From NCBI GenBank assembly GCA_045661225.1, contig JAZRFF010000028.1, positions 22,524 to 86,523 on the forward strand: a stretch of DNA of 64,000 nt, read 5' to 3'. This DNA is from Bacteroidaceae bacterium (GTDB lineage: Bacteria > Bacteroidota > Bacteroidia > Bacteroidales > Bacteroidaceae). The translations under genes and the position numbers were made by a program. Below, in pieces: positions 1 through 7,479 of this stretch. Numbering within the stretch: the first letter of the stretch is position 1; the number at the start of each line of letters is the position of its first letter. Under the pieces are notes generated by a model. It did not search any database. It saw only the letters and a list, made by a program, of their open reading frames with translations, and had not been told where the DNA came from.

Positions 1-573
1 GTTATTGTGCTGCGCCAATGTGGCATCGGTAAGGTGAATGCTGCGGTGGGAACAGCCGAACTTATACGCTCTTACGCTCCTGATGCCATTGTCAGTACCG
101 GCGTTGCAGGCGGAATAGACACGTCGTTGAGTGTGATGGACGTTGTTGTCAGTTCCTCTATTGTGTACCACGATGTGTGGTGCGGAATGGGTTGTGAGTA
201 TGGACAGGTGCAGGGTATGCCGGCGGTGTTTGCCACGAGCGAGAGTATGTGCAGTGCAGCCCTGTCGCTAAATGATGATGCCGACAACAGGACGCGTATA
301 CACGCCGGTCTCATTTGCACGGGTGACCAATTTATTACAAGTCGTGACGAACTTGCAAAAATAAAGTCGAACTTTCCGGTGGCGCTTGCAGTGGATATGG
401 AGTCGGCTGCAATAGCGCAAACCTGCCACATATACGGTGTTCCCTTTGTGAGTTTCCGTATTATAAGCGACACTCCCGGTGTCGACAATCACATTGAACA
501 GTATGATAACTTCTGGGGCGAAATGGCCGACCGCTCTTTCGGCGTGACAAGTCGCTTCCTCTCTATTCTTTGA
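1..573 (+). CDS. mtnN: 5'-methylthioadenosine/S-adenosylhomocysteine nucleosidase (5' end outside window)
   Basis: The frame is open from base 1. The translation carries MTAN-like motifs [24 protein letters not shown] and FVSFRIISD. The TGA stop is at 571-573. Confidence 0.85.
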   Translation, partial: VIVLRQCGIGKVNAAVGTAELIRSYAPDAIVSTGVAGGIDTSLSVMDVVVSSSIVYHDVWCGMGCEYGQVQGMPAVFATSESMCSAALSLNDDADNRTRIHAGLICTGDQFITSRDELAKIKSNFPVALAVDMESAAIAQTCHIYGVPFVSFRIISDTPGVDNHIEQYDNFWGEMADRSFGVTSRFLSIL

Positions 574-578
574 TTTTT

Positions 579-1058
579 ATGGAAAAAATTCCGAGTTTTA
601 CAATTGACCATTTGCGTCTGAGCCGCGGAATATTTGTTTCGCGTAAGGACAGTGTCGGCGGAGAGGTTGTTACAACCTTCGATGTGCGTATGAAAGAGCC
701 TAATCGTGAGCCTGCGCTCAGCCCCAGCGCTATACATACAATGGAGCATCTTGCAGCCACGTTTTTGCGCAACCATAAGGAGTGGGGCAGCAGAATAATC
801 TATTGGGGTCCTATGGGCTGTCTTACGGGTAACTATCTTATAGTAAGGGGTGACCTTGCTTCGTCCGATATTCTTCCTCTTGTAAAGGAGACTTTTGAGT
901 TTGTGGCTGCATATGAGGGTGTTGTGCCCGGCGCCTCGGCTGTTGACTGCGGAAATTATCTGCTTATGAACTTGCCCGAGGCTCGTTGGGAGGCGCGTAA
1001 GTACCTGACCGAGGTGCTTGAGTGCATTGCACCTGAAAATCTCAATTATCCGTTGTAA
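579..1058 (+). CDS. luxS: S-ribosylhomocysteine lyase LuxS
   Basis: ATG at 579 (the ORF track begins at a TTG at 570). The LuxS metal-site motifs HTMEHL and GCLTG are present, and the length of about 159 aa fits. It lies directly downstream of mtnN. Confidence 0.9.
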   Translation: MEKIPSFTIDHLRLSRGIFVSRKDSVGGEVVTTFDVRMKEPNREPALSPSAIHTMEHLAATFLRNHKEWGSRIIYWGPMGCLTGNYLIVRGDLASSDILPLVKETFEFVAAYEGVVPGASAVDCGNYLLMNLPEARWEARKYLTEVLECIAPENLNYPL

Positions 1059-1086
1059 AAAAGATTCACTGAAATAGTGTATAAAT

Positions 1087-1116
1087 AAAAGGTCAGCGTT
1101 TGCTGACCTTTTATTT
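1087..1116. terminator. Bidirectional rho-independent terminator (luxS / tRNA-Gln)
   Basis: Hairpin GGTCAGC-gttt-GCTGACC (1091-1108), flanked by AAAA on the left and TTTTATTT on the right. Confidence 0.6.
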
Positions 1117-1119
1117 GTG

Positions 1120-1190
1120 TTGTCCTACCCGGATTCGAACCAGGACAAACAGAACCAAAACCTGTTGTGCTACCATTACACCATAGGACA
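1120..1190 (-). tRNA. tRNA-Gln (anticodon TTG)
   Basis: The reverse complement folds by hand into a cloverleaf. Acceptor TGTCCTA/TAGGACA, D-arm GTGT/GCAC, anticodon stem ACAGG/TCTGT with loop TTTTGGT, T-arm CCTGG-TTCGAAT-CCGGG. There is no encoded CCA (the next bases are CAC). Confidence 0.85.
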
Positions 1191-1220
1191 ATCCTCGGTG
1201 CTCTCTTTTGAAGAGCGTTG

Positions 1221-1252
1221 CAAAGGTATACTTTTTAGGTGTAATTGCCAAA
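1221..1252 (-). promoter_or_regulatory. Putative Bacteroidota promoter for tRNA-Gln
   Basis: On the minus strand, TACCTTTG (TAnnTTTG) at 1221-1228 sits about 30 nt upstream of the tRNA 5' end. A TTTG lies 20 nt further upstream (1249-1252). Confidence 0.5.
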
Positions 1253-1297
1253 CTTTTTTCTCTGTTTTTGAAGCCGTAGTGCTTGCTTCTATGCTAA

Positions 1298-1330
1298 TTC
1301 TGCTATTGTTGCGTGCCAATAGCGGCAGAA
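1298..1330 (-). terminator. Possible terminator hairpin downstream of the DegT-family gene
   Basis: Imperfect inverted repeat TTCTGC-TATTG ... CAATA-gcg-GCAGAA. No clear U-tract follows on the minus strand. Confidence 0.3.
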
Positions 1331-1404
1331 TATAATCTTTGGGTGTGGCTTGCCAATATGTTTTTATCCTTATTGCCGCTTATACTGTTTGTGGAGCGTG
1401 CTTG

Positions 1405-2514
1405 TCAGTGATTGAAACTGTTTACAGCGTCAATGACGCGTTCTACGTCGTGTCTGCTCATTCCCGGGTAGCAGGGGAGGCTTAATTCCTCGCGGTGTAT
1501 GCGCTCGGTAATGGGGTAGCTCTGGTGTGAATACTCTTGCATCGCCTCTTGTCTGTGTGGGGCTATCGGGTAGTGTATTACGGTTTCAATGCCCTCTTTG
1601 CTCAGGTGTTGCTGCAATGCGTCGCGCTTCTCGCAGAACACCGGGAATATGTGGAACACGTGCTGTTGCCACTCTTTTATGGCGGGCAGTGTTACTTGTG
1701 GGTTCTTTATGCCTTGAATGTACAGGCGTGCAATGTTGCGACGCTCCTCGTTGTTGCAGTCGAGCTGTGGTAATTTAACGCTGAGTATTGCGGCTTGAAT
1801 CTCATCGAGACGGCTGTTTACACCTTTGTATCTGTTGACATATTTCTTGTGCGAACCGTAGTTGGCTATGGCACGCGCTGCACTGGCAAGCCTTTCGTCG
1901 TCGGTGGTTATTGCGCCTCCGTCGCCTGCCGCACCTAAGTTCTTTGTCGGGTAGAAGCTGAAGGCGGCTGCGTCGCCAACGCTGCCCACACGCTTTCCGC
2001 CGACTGTTGCTCCGTGCGCTTGTGCGCAGTCCTCGATAATTTTAAGTGAGTGTCTCCTGGCAATTGGGGTAATGGACGCAATATCAACTGCTCGCCCGTA
2101 AAGATGAACCACCATTATGGCTCTTGTGCGTGGAGTGATGAGTGATTCTATGCGCTTGGGGTCAATGTTGCAGCTCTCCCATTCGGGCTCGCAGAGTATG
2201 GGTCTGAGCCCGGCTTGAATAATGGCGAGTATCGATGCTATGTATGTGTTTGCCGGAACAATGACCTCGTCGCCGGGTTGCATTATGCCTGTTTCGCGGT
2301 AGGCACGCATAATTATGGCAAGGGCATCGAGTCCGTTGCCTGTTCCGATGCAATGCTTGCAACCGCAGTATTGTGCAAATTCTTGCTCGAAGGTGCTAAC
2401 CTCGGTACCCAAAAGGTACCACCCTGAACGTATAACTCTTGTCGTTGCCTCGGTTATCTGTGGCTCAAACGATTGGTTTATGCTCTTTAAGTCGAAATAC
2501 TTAATCATCGGCAA
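1405..2514 (-). CDS. DegT/DnrJ/EryC1/StrS-family PLP-dependent sugar aminotransferase (FdtB/QdtB-like)
   Basis: 369 aa. Typical family pattern including the PLP-lysine region [20 protein letters not shown]. It overlaps the upstream GNAT gene by 14 nt. Confidence 0.8.
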   Translation of the reverse strand: MPMIKYFDLKSINQSFEPQITEATTRVIRSGWYLLGTEVSTFEQEFAQYCGCKHCIGTGNGLDALAIIMRAYRETGIMQPGDEVIVPANTYIASILAIIQAGLRPILCEPEWESCNIDPKRIESLITPRTRAIMVVHLYGRAVDIASITPIARRHSLKIIEDCAQAHGATVGGKRVGSVGDAAAFSFYPTKNLGAAGDGGAITTDDERLASAARAIANYGSHKKYVNRYKGVNSRLDEIQAAILSVKLPQLDCNNEERRNIARLYIQGIKNPQVTLPAIKEWQQHVFHIFPVFCEKRDALQQHLSKEGIETVIHYPIAPHRQEAMQEYSHQSYPITERIHREELSLPCYPGMSRHDVERVIDAVNSFNH

Positions 2515-3475
2515 TGTTGTTTAGCTCTATTAAATAGGTGTCGTACACTATGGCACGTCCGCCTAACCTCTCTTTTTGGTGTATGAGGCCGCTGTTGAGG
2601 GTGTGTCCGCCATCTTCGACCGACGTTCCGTAGTCAAAATAGCGATGCTCTTTGAACCTCTCGAGTGTAAGGTATTTATACAGGTGGTCCATTACTCCTA
2701 TCTTGCGCCCGCGCTCGCTGCTTGCGGTGTATTGCAGGTGCACGACATTGTCGGTAACGTACAGCACAACGCCGCCAAGGGTTTCTCCTTGTTCATTTGT
2801 AACCGTAAATAGTTTTATGTTCCGGGGGAAACTATTGTGCAGGCGCTCTATTTCGTCGAGTGTGTGTACGGGTGTTGCGCCGTATTTCTCGAGCAGTCTT
2901 TCTGATAATATCTGCCAGAATGGGGCGAAACTGCCGTCTTCTACAATGTGCAGACGGTTTTTCATCGCTGCTGTAAGCTCGCGGCGGCCTGTGAAAGGCA
3001 AAGGGGCGTTCAGTAGTGTGGTGGTTGATATTTTGCGCTCTGTGAGCGTGGCGTTGCAACGGAAAAGGGCGTAAAGGTCTTCTTCGCAAGGGTAGCGATG
3101 GTATATGTGCGGTATCGGGCGGTATACAATGCTTGTTGCCTGTGTATTGTGGCGCAGATGGTCGCGCAGTGCCCTGAACAGTGCAAGAACGGTGTCGGCA
3201 GTAGCCTCGTCCGACAATATAAACCCGCCATACGTAAGACCGTTGTGCGTGCAGAGTCTGTCGTTTGATATATGAGCAGGGAGCAGGGCGGTTATTCTTC
3301 CGCCTTTGTAAAAGAGCAGTGAGTGGTCGCGGAAACGGTCGCTGTGGTACTCGACATAATCGCGTTTGAGAAGAAATGTGCCGTTACGACTCTGTTCCAC
3401 GAACAGGTCCCACGCCTCCTTCAGTTCCTTGCGATAGGGTACAACGCTTATGTTGGCTTCTTGCTCTTTGCTCAT
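2501..3475 (-). CDS. Large (324 aa) GNAT-like / FemAB-like acyltransferase
   Basis: The size and two-lobed layout resemble FemABX-like or Acetyltransf_6-type GNATs. It is translationally coupled to both neighbours (4-nt and 14-nt overlaps). The family assignment is from memory only. Confidence 0.5.
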   Translation of the reverse strand: MSKEQEANISVVPYRKELKEAWDLFVEQSRNGTFLLKRDYVEYHSDRFRDHSLLFYKGGRITALLPAHISNDRLCTHNGLTYGGFILSDEATADTVLALFRALRDHLRHNTQATSIVYRPIPHIYHRYPCEEDLYALFRCNATLTERKISTTTLLNAPLPFTGRRELTAAMKNRLHIVEDGSFAPFWQILSERLLEKYGATPVHTLDEIERLHNSFPRNIKLFTVTNEQGETLGGVVLYVTDNVVHLQYTASSERGRKIGVMDHLYKYLTLERFKEHRYFDYGTSVEDGGHTLNSGLIHQKERLGGRAIVYDTYLIELNNIADD

Positions 3476-3879
3476 TTTTTTATATATTCAAGAAATTCCT
3501 CGTAGGAATTTATGTATGTGGCGGGGTCGTATGTGTGCGACGCAAGTACCAGCAATACTGCGTCGGGCGAGAAATTTGTAAGTTCGTTCCAGGTGTGCGG
3601 CGGAACAAGCAGGCCTTTTTCTTTTGTGTCTAAATGGTAGGTGCTGCGTCCGTTTCTGTCCTCAAGCGTTATATCTACGCTCCCGTTTACAGCAATGAGG
3701 TATTGGTATGACAGTTTGTTGGCGTGCTTGCCACGTTCCTCGCCCGTCGGCACGCCGTATATCCAATAGGCGCGGGTTATTGAGAATGGAATTTCGTGTC
3801 CTTCCTCAACGAGCGTAAGACTGCCGCGTCTGTCGGTATGTGTCCTTAGTTTGTCCATTGTCTGCTGTTTTTTGCGCAT
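3472..3879 (-). CDS. WxcM/FdtA-like cupin (dTDP-4-keto-6-deoxyhexose 3,4-ketoisomerase family)
   Basis: DRRGSL...IPFSITRAYWIY...RGKHANK matches the FdtA/QdtA pattern DxRGxL...PF...R..Y...RGxHAHK. An alternative start at M8 (3858) is likely, because a -7 box sits at 3887-3894. Confidence 0.7.
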   Translation of the reverse strand: MRKKQQTMDKLRTHTDRRGSLTLVEEGHEIPFSITRAYWIYGVPTGEERGKHANKLSYQYLIAVNGSVDITLEDRNGRSTYHLDTKEKGLLVPPHTWNELTNFSPDAVLLVLASHTYDPATYINSYEEFLEYIKK

Positions 3880-3886
3880 TGCTATG

Positions 3887-3894
3887 CAAACTTA
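3887..3894 (-). promoter_or_regulatory. Putative -7 box for the fdtA-like operon
   Basis: TAAGTTTG on the minus strand (TAnnTTTG), 8 nt upstream of ATG 3879 and 29 nt upstream of ATG 3858. Confidence 0.4.
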
Positions 3895-3957
3895 AGAAAA
3901 ATATGTCGTTGTGGCAATTTTTAGCCCCTCTTCTTCGCTTATAACGCTTTTTTGGCT

Positions 3958-4596
3958 TTAAAATTGCGCTTCTGGCAGAATATTGCATCGTGTTGCATTG
4001 TCGAATATGGCGGTTGCAAGTTCGGCTGTTGTTATTTCGGCGGCCTGAGCAATAGTGGCGTATATATCCTCGATTGGCTTGACGCTCTCGTCGCTTTCTG
4101 TAAAGATGCGTTCTAATGGAGTCGCCTTTACACTGTCGGGGTTGAATTTCTCGCCGTATGATAGATGGAACCCGTGCCTTACGAGCTGGGTTGCCAGTTG
4201 GGGCTTGCCTCGGAATCCGTGTATTATCCACGCTTGAGCTGGTGATATTTCCTTGTGTAGCGCAATGAGTTGCTCGAATGCTTTTATGCAGTGTATAATC
4301 AGAGGCTTTTTTATCTCCTCGGCCAACAGCGCGTGTGAACGGAATATTTCTGTCTGTAACTCAATGCTTGCCGTTGAGTGTAAGGTGTCTATGCCGCATT
4401 CGCCAATGGCTGTTACATTTTCTAAGCGTGCGGTTTCTTTTATTGCGGCGAAGAGCTCTTTGCTGTTATTGTCTATCTCCCAGGGGTGTATGCCTATAGA
4501 GACCCACCGCTCGGCTGTGTAGCGTGTGCCGCAGTTGAAGATGCTTGTGCACTCCTTCTGCACCGGTCTGTGGGTGTGAATGTCTAACAGCTTCAT
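3958..4596 (-). CDS. TatD-family metal-dependent hydrolase
   Basis: Motifs DIHTHR, GECGID, IIHC and TESD are in the order typical of TatD-like amidohydrolase-fold proteins. 212 aa. Confidence 0.8.
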   Translation of the reverse strand: MKLLDIHTHRPVQKECTSIFNCGTRYTAERWVSIGIHPWEIDNNSKELFAAIKETARLENVTAIGECGIDTLHSTASIELQTEIFRSHALLAEEIKKPLIIHCIKAFEQLIALHKEISPAQAWIIHGFRGKPQLATQLVRHGFHLSYGEKFNPDSVKATPLERIFTESDESVKPIEDIYATIAQAAEITTAELATAIFDNATRCNILPEAQF

Positions 4597-4611
4597 TTTT
4601 CTATGGAGGTG

Positions 4612-4833
4612 TCAGGGAACGGGGTCGTAACCCGAGCCTCCCCAAGGGTGGCAACGTAATATTCGCCTTACGGCAAGGTACAGCCCTTTGAAAGGACCGT
4701 GTTTGCGCAGGGCTTCAATGGCATACTGTGAACAGGTGGGGGTGAAACGGCACGACGGCGGAGTCATTGGGGAAATGACTTTTCTGTAAAATTGAATGGG
4801 TAGTATAAGTATTGCAACAAGTATCTTTCTCAT
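4612..4833 (-). CDS. yidD: Membrane protein insertion efficiency factor YidD
   Basis: 73 aa with the hallmark [14 protein letters not shown]...HGP..G........[15 protein letters not shown]. Confidence 0.9.
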   Translation of the reverse strand: MRKILVAILILPIQFYRKVISPMTPPSCRFTPTCSQYAIEALRKHGPFKGLYLAVRRILRCHPWGGSGYDPVP

Positions 4834-5222
4834 CTTGCTGAGTTTTTGGTTAAAATACTATCGAGTAATTTACCCATTTTCTTCTTTATAAATTCGGTGC
4901 TGTTGTGTCGTGTGTCTATATACAGAATTGCTACAGCCATCTTTTTGTTCTCTGTCTCAAGACTCTCGACGAATTTGTGCTTGGTGGTGCGGTAGGCTTC
5001 GCGTATACGTCTCTTTACAAGGTTGCGGTCGACGGCGTGGCGGAATCTCTTTTTTGCGACGCTTATGAGAATTGTCGCAGTGGGTTCCTGCTCGTCGGCT
5101 TTTTGTTCAATGAACACAGCGCGCAAGGGGTAGGCTGTTACCGACTCTCCTTCGGCATAGAGTCGCTCAATGACTCTTTTGCTTTTGAGGTGCTCTTTGA
5201 GTGGAAAGGTGTTTCTTTTCAT
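4830..5222 (-). CDS. rnpA: Ribonuclease P protein component
   Basis: 130 aa, basic, with an RnpA-like RNR-type region ([22 protein letters not shown]). It overlaps yidD by 4 nt (the classic rnpA-yidD pair). Confidence 0.85.
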   Translation of the reverse strand: MKRNTFPLKEHLKSKRVIERLYAEGESVTAYPLRAVFIEQKADEQEPTATILISVAKKRFRHAVDRNLVKRRIREAYRTTKHKFVESLETENKKMAVAILYIDTRHNSTEFIKKKMGKLLDSILTKNSAR

Positions 5223-5241
5223 CGTCGGTAGTTCTATTGAA

Positions 5242-5268
5242 GCAGCCCCGTCTTGCGGACGGGGCTGC
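5242..5268 (-). terminator. GC-rich hairpin between the hemD-like gene and rnpA
   Basis: GCAGCCCCGTC-ttgcg-GACGGGGCTGC (11-bp stem). Only a weak U-tract follows on the minus strand. Confidence 0.35.
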
Positions 5269-5279
5269 AGGGGTATCTT

Positions 5280-6020
5280 TTATTTATTTGCTGCAAGATA
5301 AGTGTCCAGTGCTGCGGGCATATTGGTCGCAGTGGCTGACGGCGCTTCAAGGTCGAGTCTCAGGCCGTTGTCCTTGATGCACTTTGCAGTAACATTGCCG
5401 AAACAAGCAATCAACTGCTCGCCTTGAACATAGTCGGGTACGTTTTTCTTCAGTGATTCTATTCCGTGCGGGCTGAAGAAAATGAGCATATCGTAAGACT
5501 TTATATATTCAGGTTCTATGTCTGTGCTTACAGTACGGTACATTTCGGCCTGTGAGTGGGTAATACCGTATTTGTCGAACAGAGCGTTAATTTCGCTGTT
5601 GTGAACATTTGAGGTCGGAACAAAGTATTTCTCGTTCTTGTGCTTTGCGAACAGAGGGTCAAGGTCCTGAATGTGACCGTTGCCGAAGAATACCTTGCGT
5701 TTGCGATACTGCACATACTTCTGAATATATAACGATATTGTCTCGGACAAACAGAAATACTTCATATCGTCAGGAATAGTCACTCTCAACTCCTTGCACA
5801 GTGTGAAAAAGTGGTCAATCGCGTGACGCGAAAGGAATACGATTGCTGTGTGGTCAAGAATAGACACCTTCTGCTGGCGGAACTCTTTTGCTGTAACTCC
5901 TTCTACCTTAATAAAAGAACAAAAATCAATCTGCACCTGATGTTTCTCCGCAAGGTCAAAATATGGAGATTTGCCTGTGGCCGGTTTAGGCTGCGAAACC
6001 AGAATCTTACTTACCTTCAA
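5280..6020 (-). CDS. Uroporphyrinogen-III synthase (HemD)-like protein
   Basis: 246 aa. The N-terminus ILVSQPKP....SPYFDL and overall layout resemble the HemD-like proteins annotated in Bacteroidota. Recalled, not searched. Confidence 0.55.
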   Translation of the reverse strand: MKVSKILVSQPKPATGKSPYFDLAEKHQVQIDFCSFIKVEGVTAKEFRQQKVSILDHTAIVFLSRHAIDHFFTLCKELRVTIPDDMKYFCLSETISLYIQKYVQYRKRKVFFGNGHIQDLDPLFAKHKNEKYFVPTSNVHNSEINALFDKYGITHSQAEMYRTVSTDIEPEYIKSYDMLIFFSPHGIESLKKNVPDYVQGEQLIACFGNVTAKCIKDNGLRLDLEAPSATATNMPAALDTYLAANK

Positions 6021-6024
6021 TGTT

Positions 6025-6717
6025 CTAAATTTTTATAGTTAGTTGTTCACTCAATTGTTGTATGAATTTCCACACCATTGCTATGGGCAAAAATTCAAGT
6101 GCGCAAAGATACAATAAAATATCGAAATAGTTCCTTTTTTTTGCGAAAATGATTTTTAATGCACTGCTAATTATAGTGTAAATATAAAAAACGAGTGTCA
6201 AAAGTATATAAAAATTTACAGAATTTATAGAAATTGACGGTATGAACAGTCTGGCTACAACAGCCGGTGTAAGAATGAATCCAAGCATCTTTATTGCAAA
6301 GGAGTAGATGTTCAGCCACTCATCAACCTCTTTTTTCGAGAAAAGTATGTGGTTTACAAGGCTGTAGGCCATTCCTTTAAGCAGTATGACTATTGCAAAG
6401 AATAGCGCAAGGATTCCAATCCACAAGAGCGCGTGCGGGGTAGTGTTGCTGTTGTTGTCTATTATCCACGTAACGGTTATTATGCTCAGATAAAAGAGCG
6501 TTTGCAAGTACATAAACGTGTTGCAAATGCGGGTTATGTGTGTCCTGTCGTTGAACGACGGGGTGTTACGCTGGTAATAAAATATACATTTTACTCTCTC
6601 TATGATGCTTGCGCCGTTCATAAGAATGACGTATGCCATTCCTGTTATATTTATAATGAACAGCAACATTATCACGTTGTCATTTGCCATACAGTATGGC
6701 GCAGGAGCAGTAGTCAT
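6025..6717 (-). CDS. Polytopic membrane protein (DUF4271-like)
   Basis: 230 aa with about 6 hydrophobic segments. It shares an ATGA start/stop overlap with the LOG gene. As I recall, this family usually sits beside the HemD-like gene in Bacteroidota. Confidence 0.5.
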   Translation of the reverse strand: MTTAPAPYCMANDNVIMLLFIINITGMAYVILMNGASIIERVKCIFYYQRNTPSFNDRTHITRICNTFMYLQTLFYLSIITVTWIIDNNSNTTPHALLWIGILALFFAIVILLKGMAYSLVNHILFSKKEVDEWLNIYSFAIKMLGFILTPAVVARLFIPSISINSVNFYILLTLVFYIYTIISSALKIIFAKKRNYFDILLYLCALEFLPIAMVWKFIQQLSEQLTIKI

Positions 6718-7298
6718 AGCGCAGCGTATTTTCTAACCGATTTATCCCAGCGTGGGGTGTTTCTTATAATCTCTAAAGCCTCGGCCGGGGACGTTGCTAC
6801 GCTCCATATGCTGCCGTGCAGCTCGCTCATAAAGTTCTCTTCAATGGCGGTCTGTAACTGCGCTATAAAATGGTCGTAATAACCGTTTATGTTGAGTATG
6901 ACAATGGGGTTAAGGTATAGCCCAAGCTGTTTCCACGTTATAATCTCGCTTAGTTCCTCAATGGTGCCGCAACCGCCGGGAAGGGCTATGACTGCGTCGC
7001 TGAGGTCGGCCATCATTTGCTTGCGTTCGTGCATACTCTCTGTTATGCGTAGCTCTGTAAGCTCTGTGTGGTGCCAGCCTTGCTCCACCATAAAACGCGG
7101 AATGACACCTATGGCATTGCCGCCGGCCTCTAAGGCTCCGTCCTCGACCCTGCGCATAAGCCCTATGCTGCCGGCACCGGTAACAACGGCTATACCCTCC
7201 TTTGCAAGGAGAGCTCCAAGTTCGTATGCGGTGTCGTTGTATATTGCAGCCGCTTTGTTGCTCGATGCGCAGTAGACGCAGATTTTCTCTATATTCAC
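6714..7298 (-). CDS. LOG-family protein (TIGR00730 Rossmann fold; cytokinin riboside 5'-monophosphate phosphoribohydrolase-like)
   Basis: ICVYCASS, GAGSIGLM and the PGGCGTIEE motif are present. The start codon at 7296-7298 is GTG rather than ATG. Confidence 0.85.
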   Translation of the reverse strand: MNIEKICVYCASSNKAAAIYNDTAYELGALLAKEGIAVVTGAGSIGLMRRVEDGALEAGGNAIGVIPRFMVEQGWHHTELTELRITESMHERKQMMADLSDAVIALPGGCGTIEELSEIITWKQLGLYLNPIVILNINGYYDHFIAQLQTAIEENFMSELHGSIWSVATSPAEALEIIRNTPRWDKSVRKYAAL

Positions 7299-7326
7299 TT
7301 TTTGTTTGTTGACGGTGGTTATTATG

Positions 7327-7479
7327 CCTGCACTTCGTCAGGCTTGTCGAACTTGGTCACTTACGTTTTGTGACTTTGACAACCCTGTCTGTCGTCAGGC
7401 TTGTCGAACTTGGTCACTTATATGTTTTGTGACTTTGACAACCCTGCACTTCGTCAGGCTTTTACGTTTTGTGACTATG
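7327..7479. repeat. Tandem direct repeat, about 2.6 copies of a 56-60 bp unit
   Basis: The unit is CCTG(CACTT/TCTGT)CGTCAGGCTTGTCGAACTTGGTCACTTA(CG/TATG)TTTTGTGACTTTGACAA. Copies run 7327-7382 and 7383-7441, with a third copy at 7442-7479 carrying an internal deletion. The last copy overlaps the comM stop codon (7475-7477). Confidence 0.9.
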
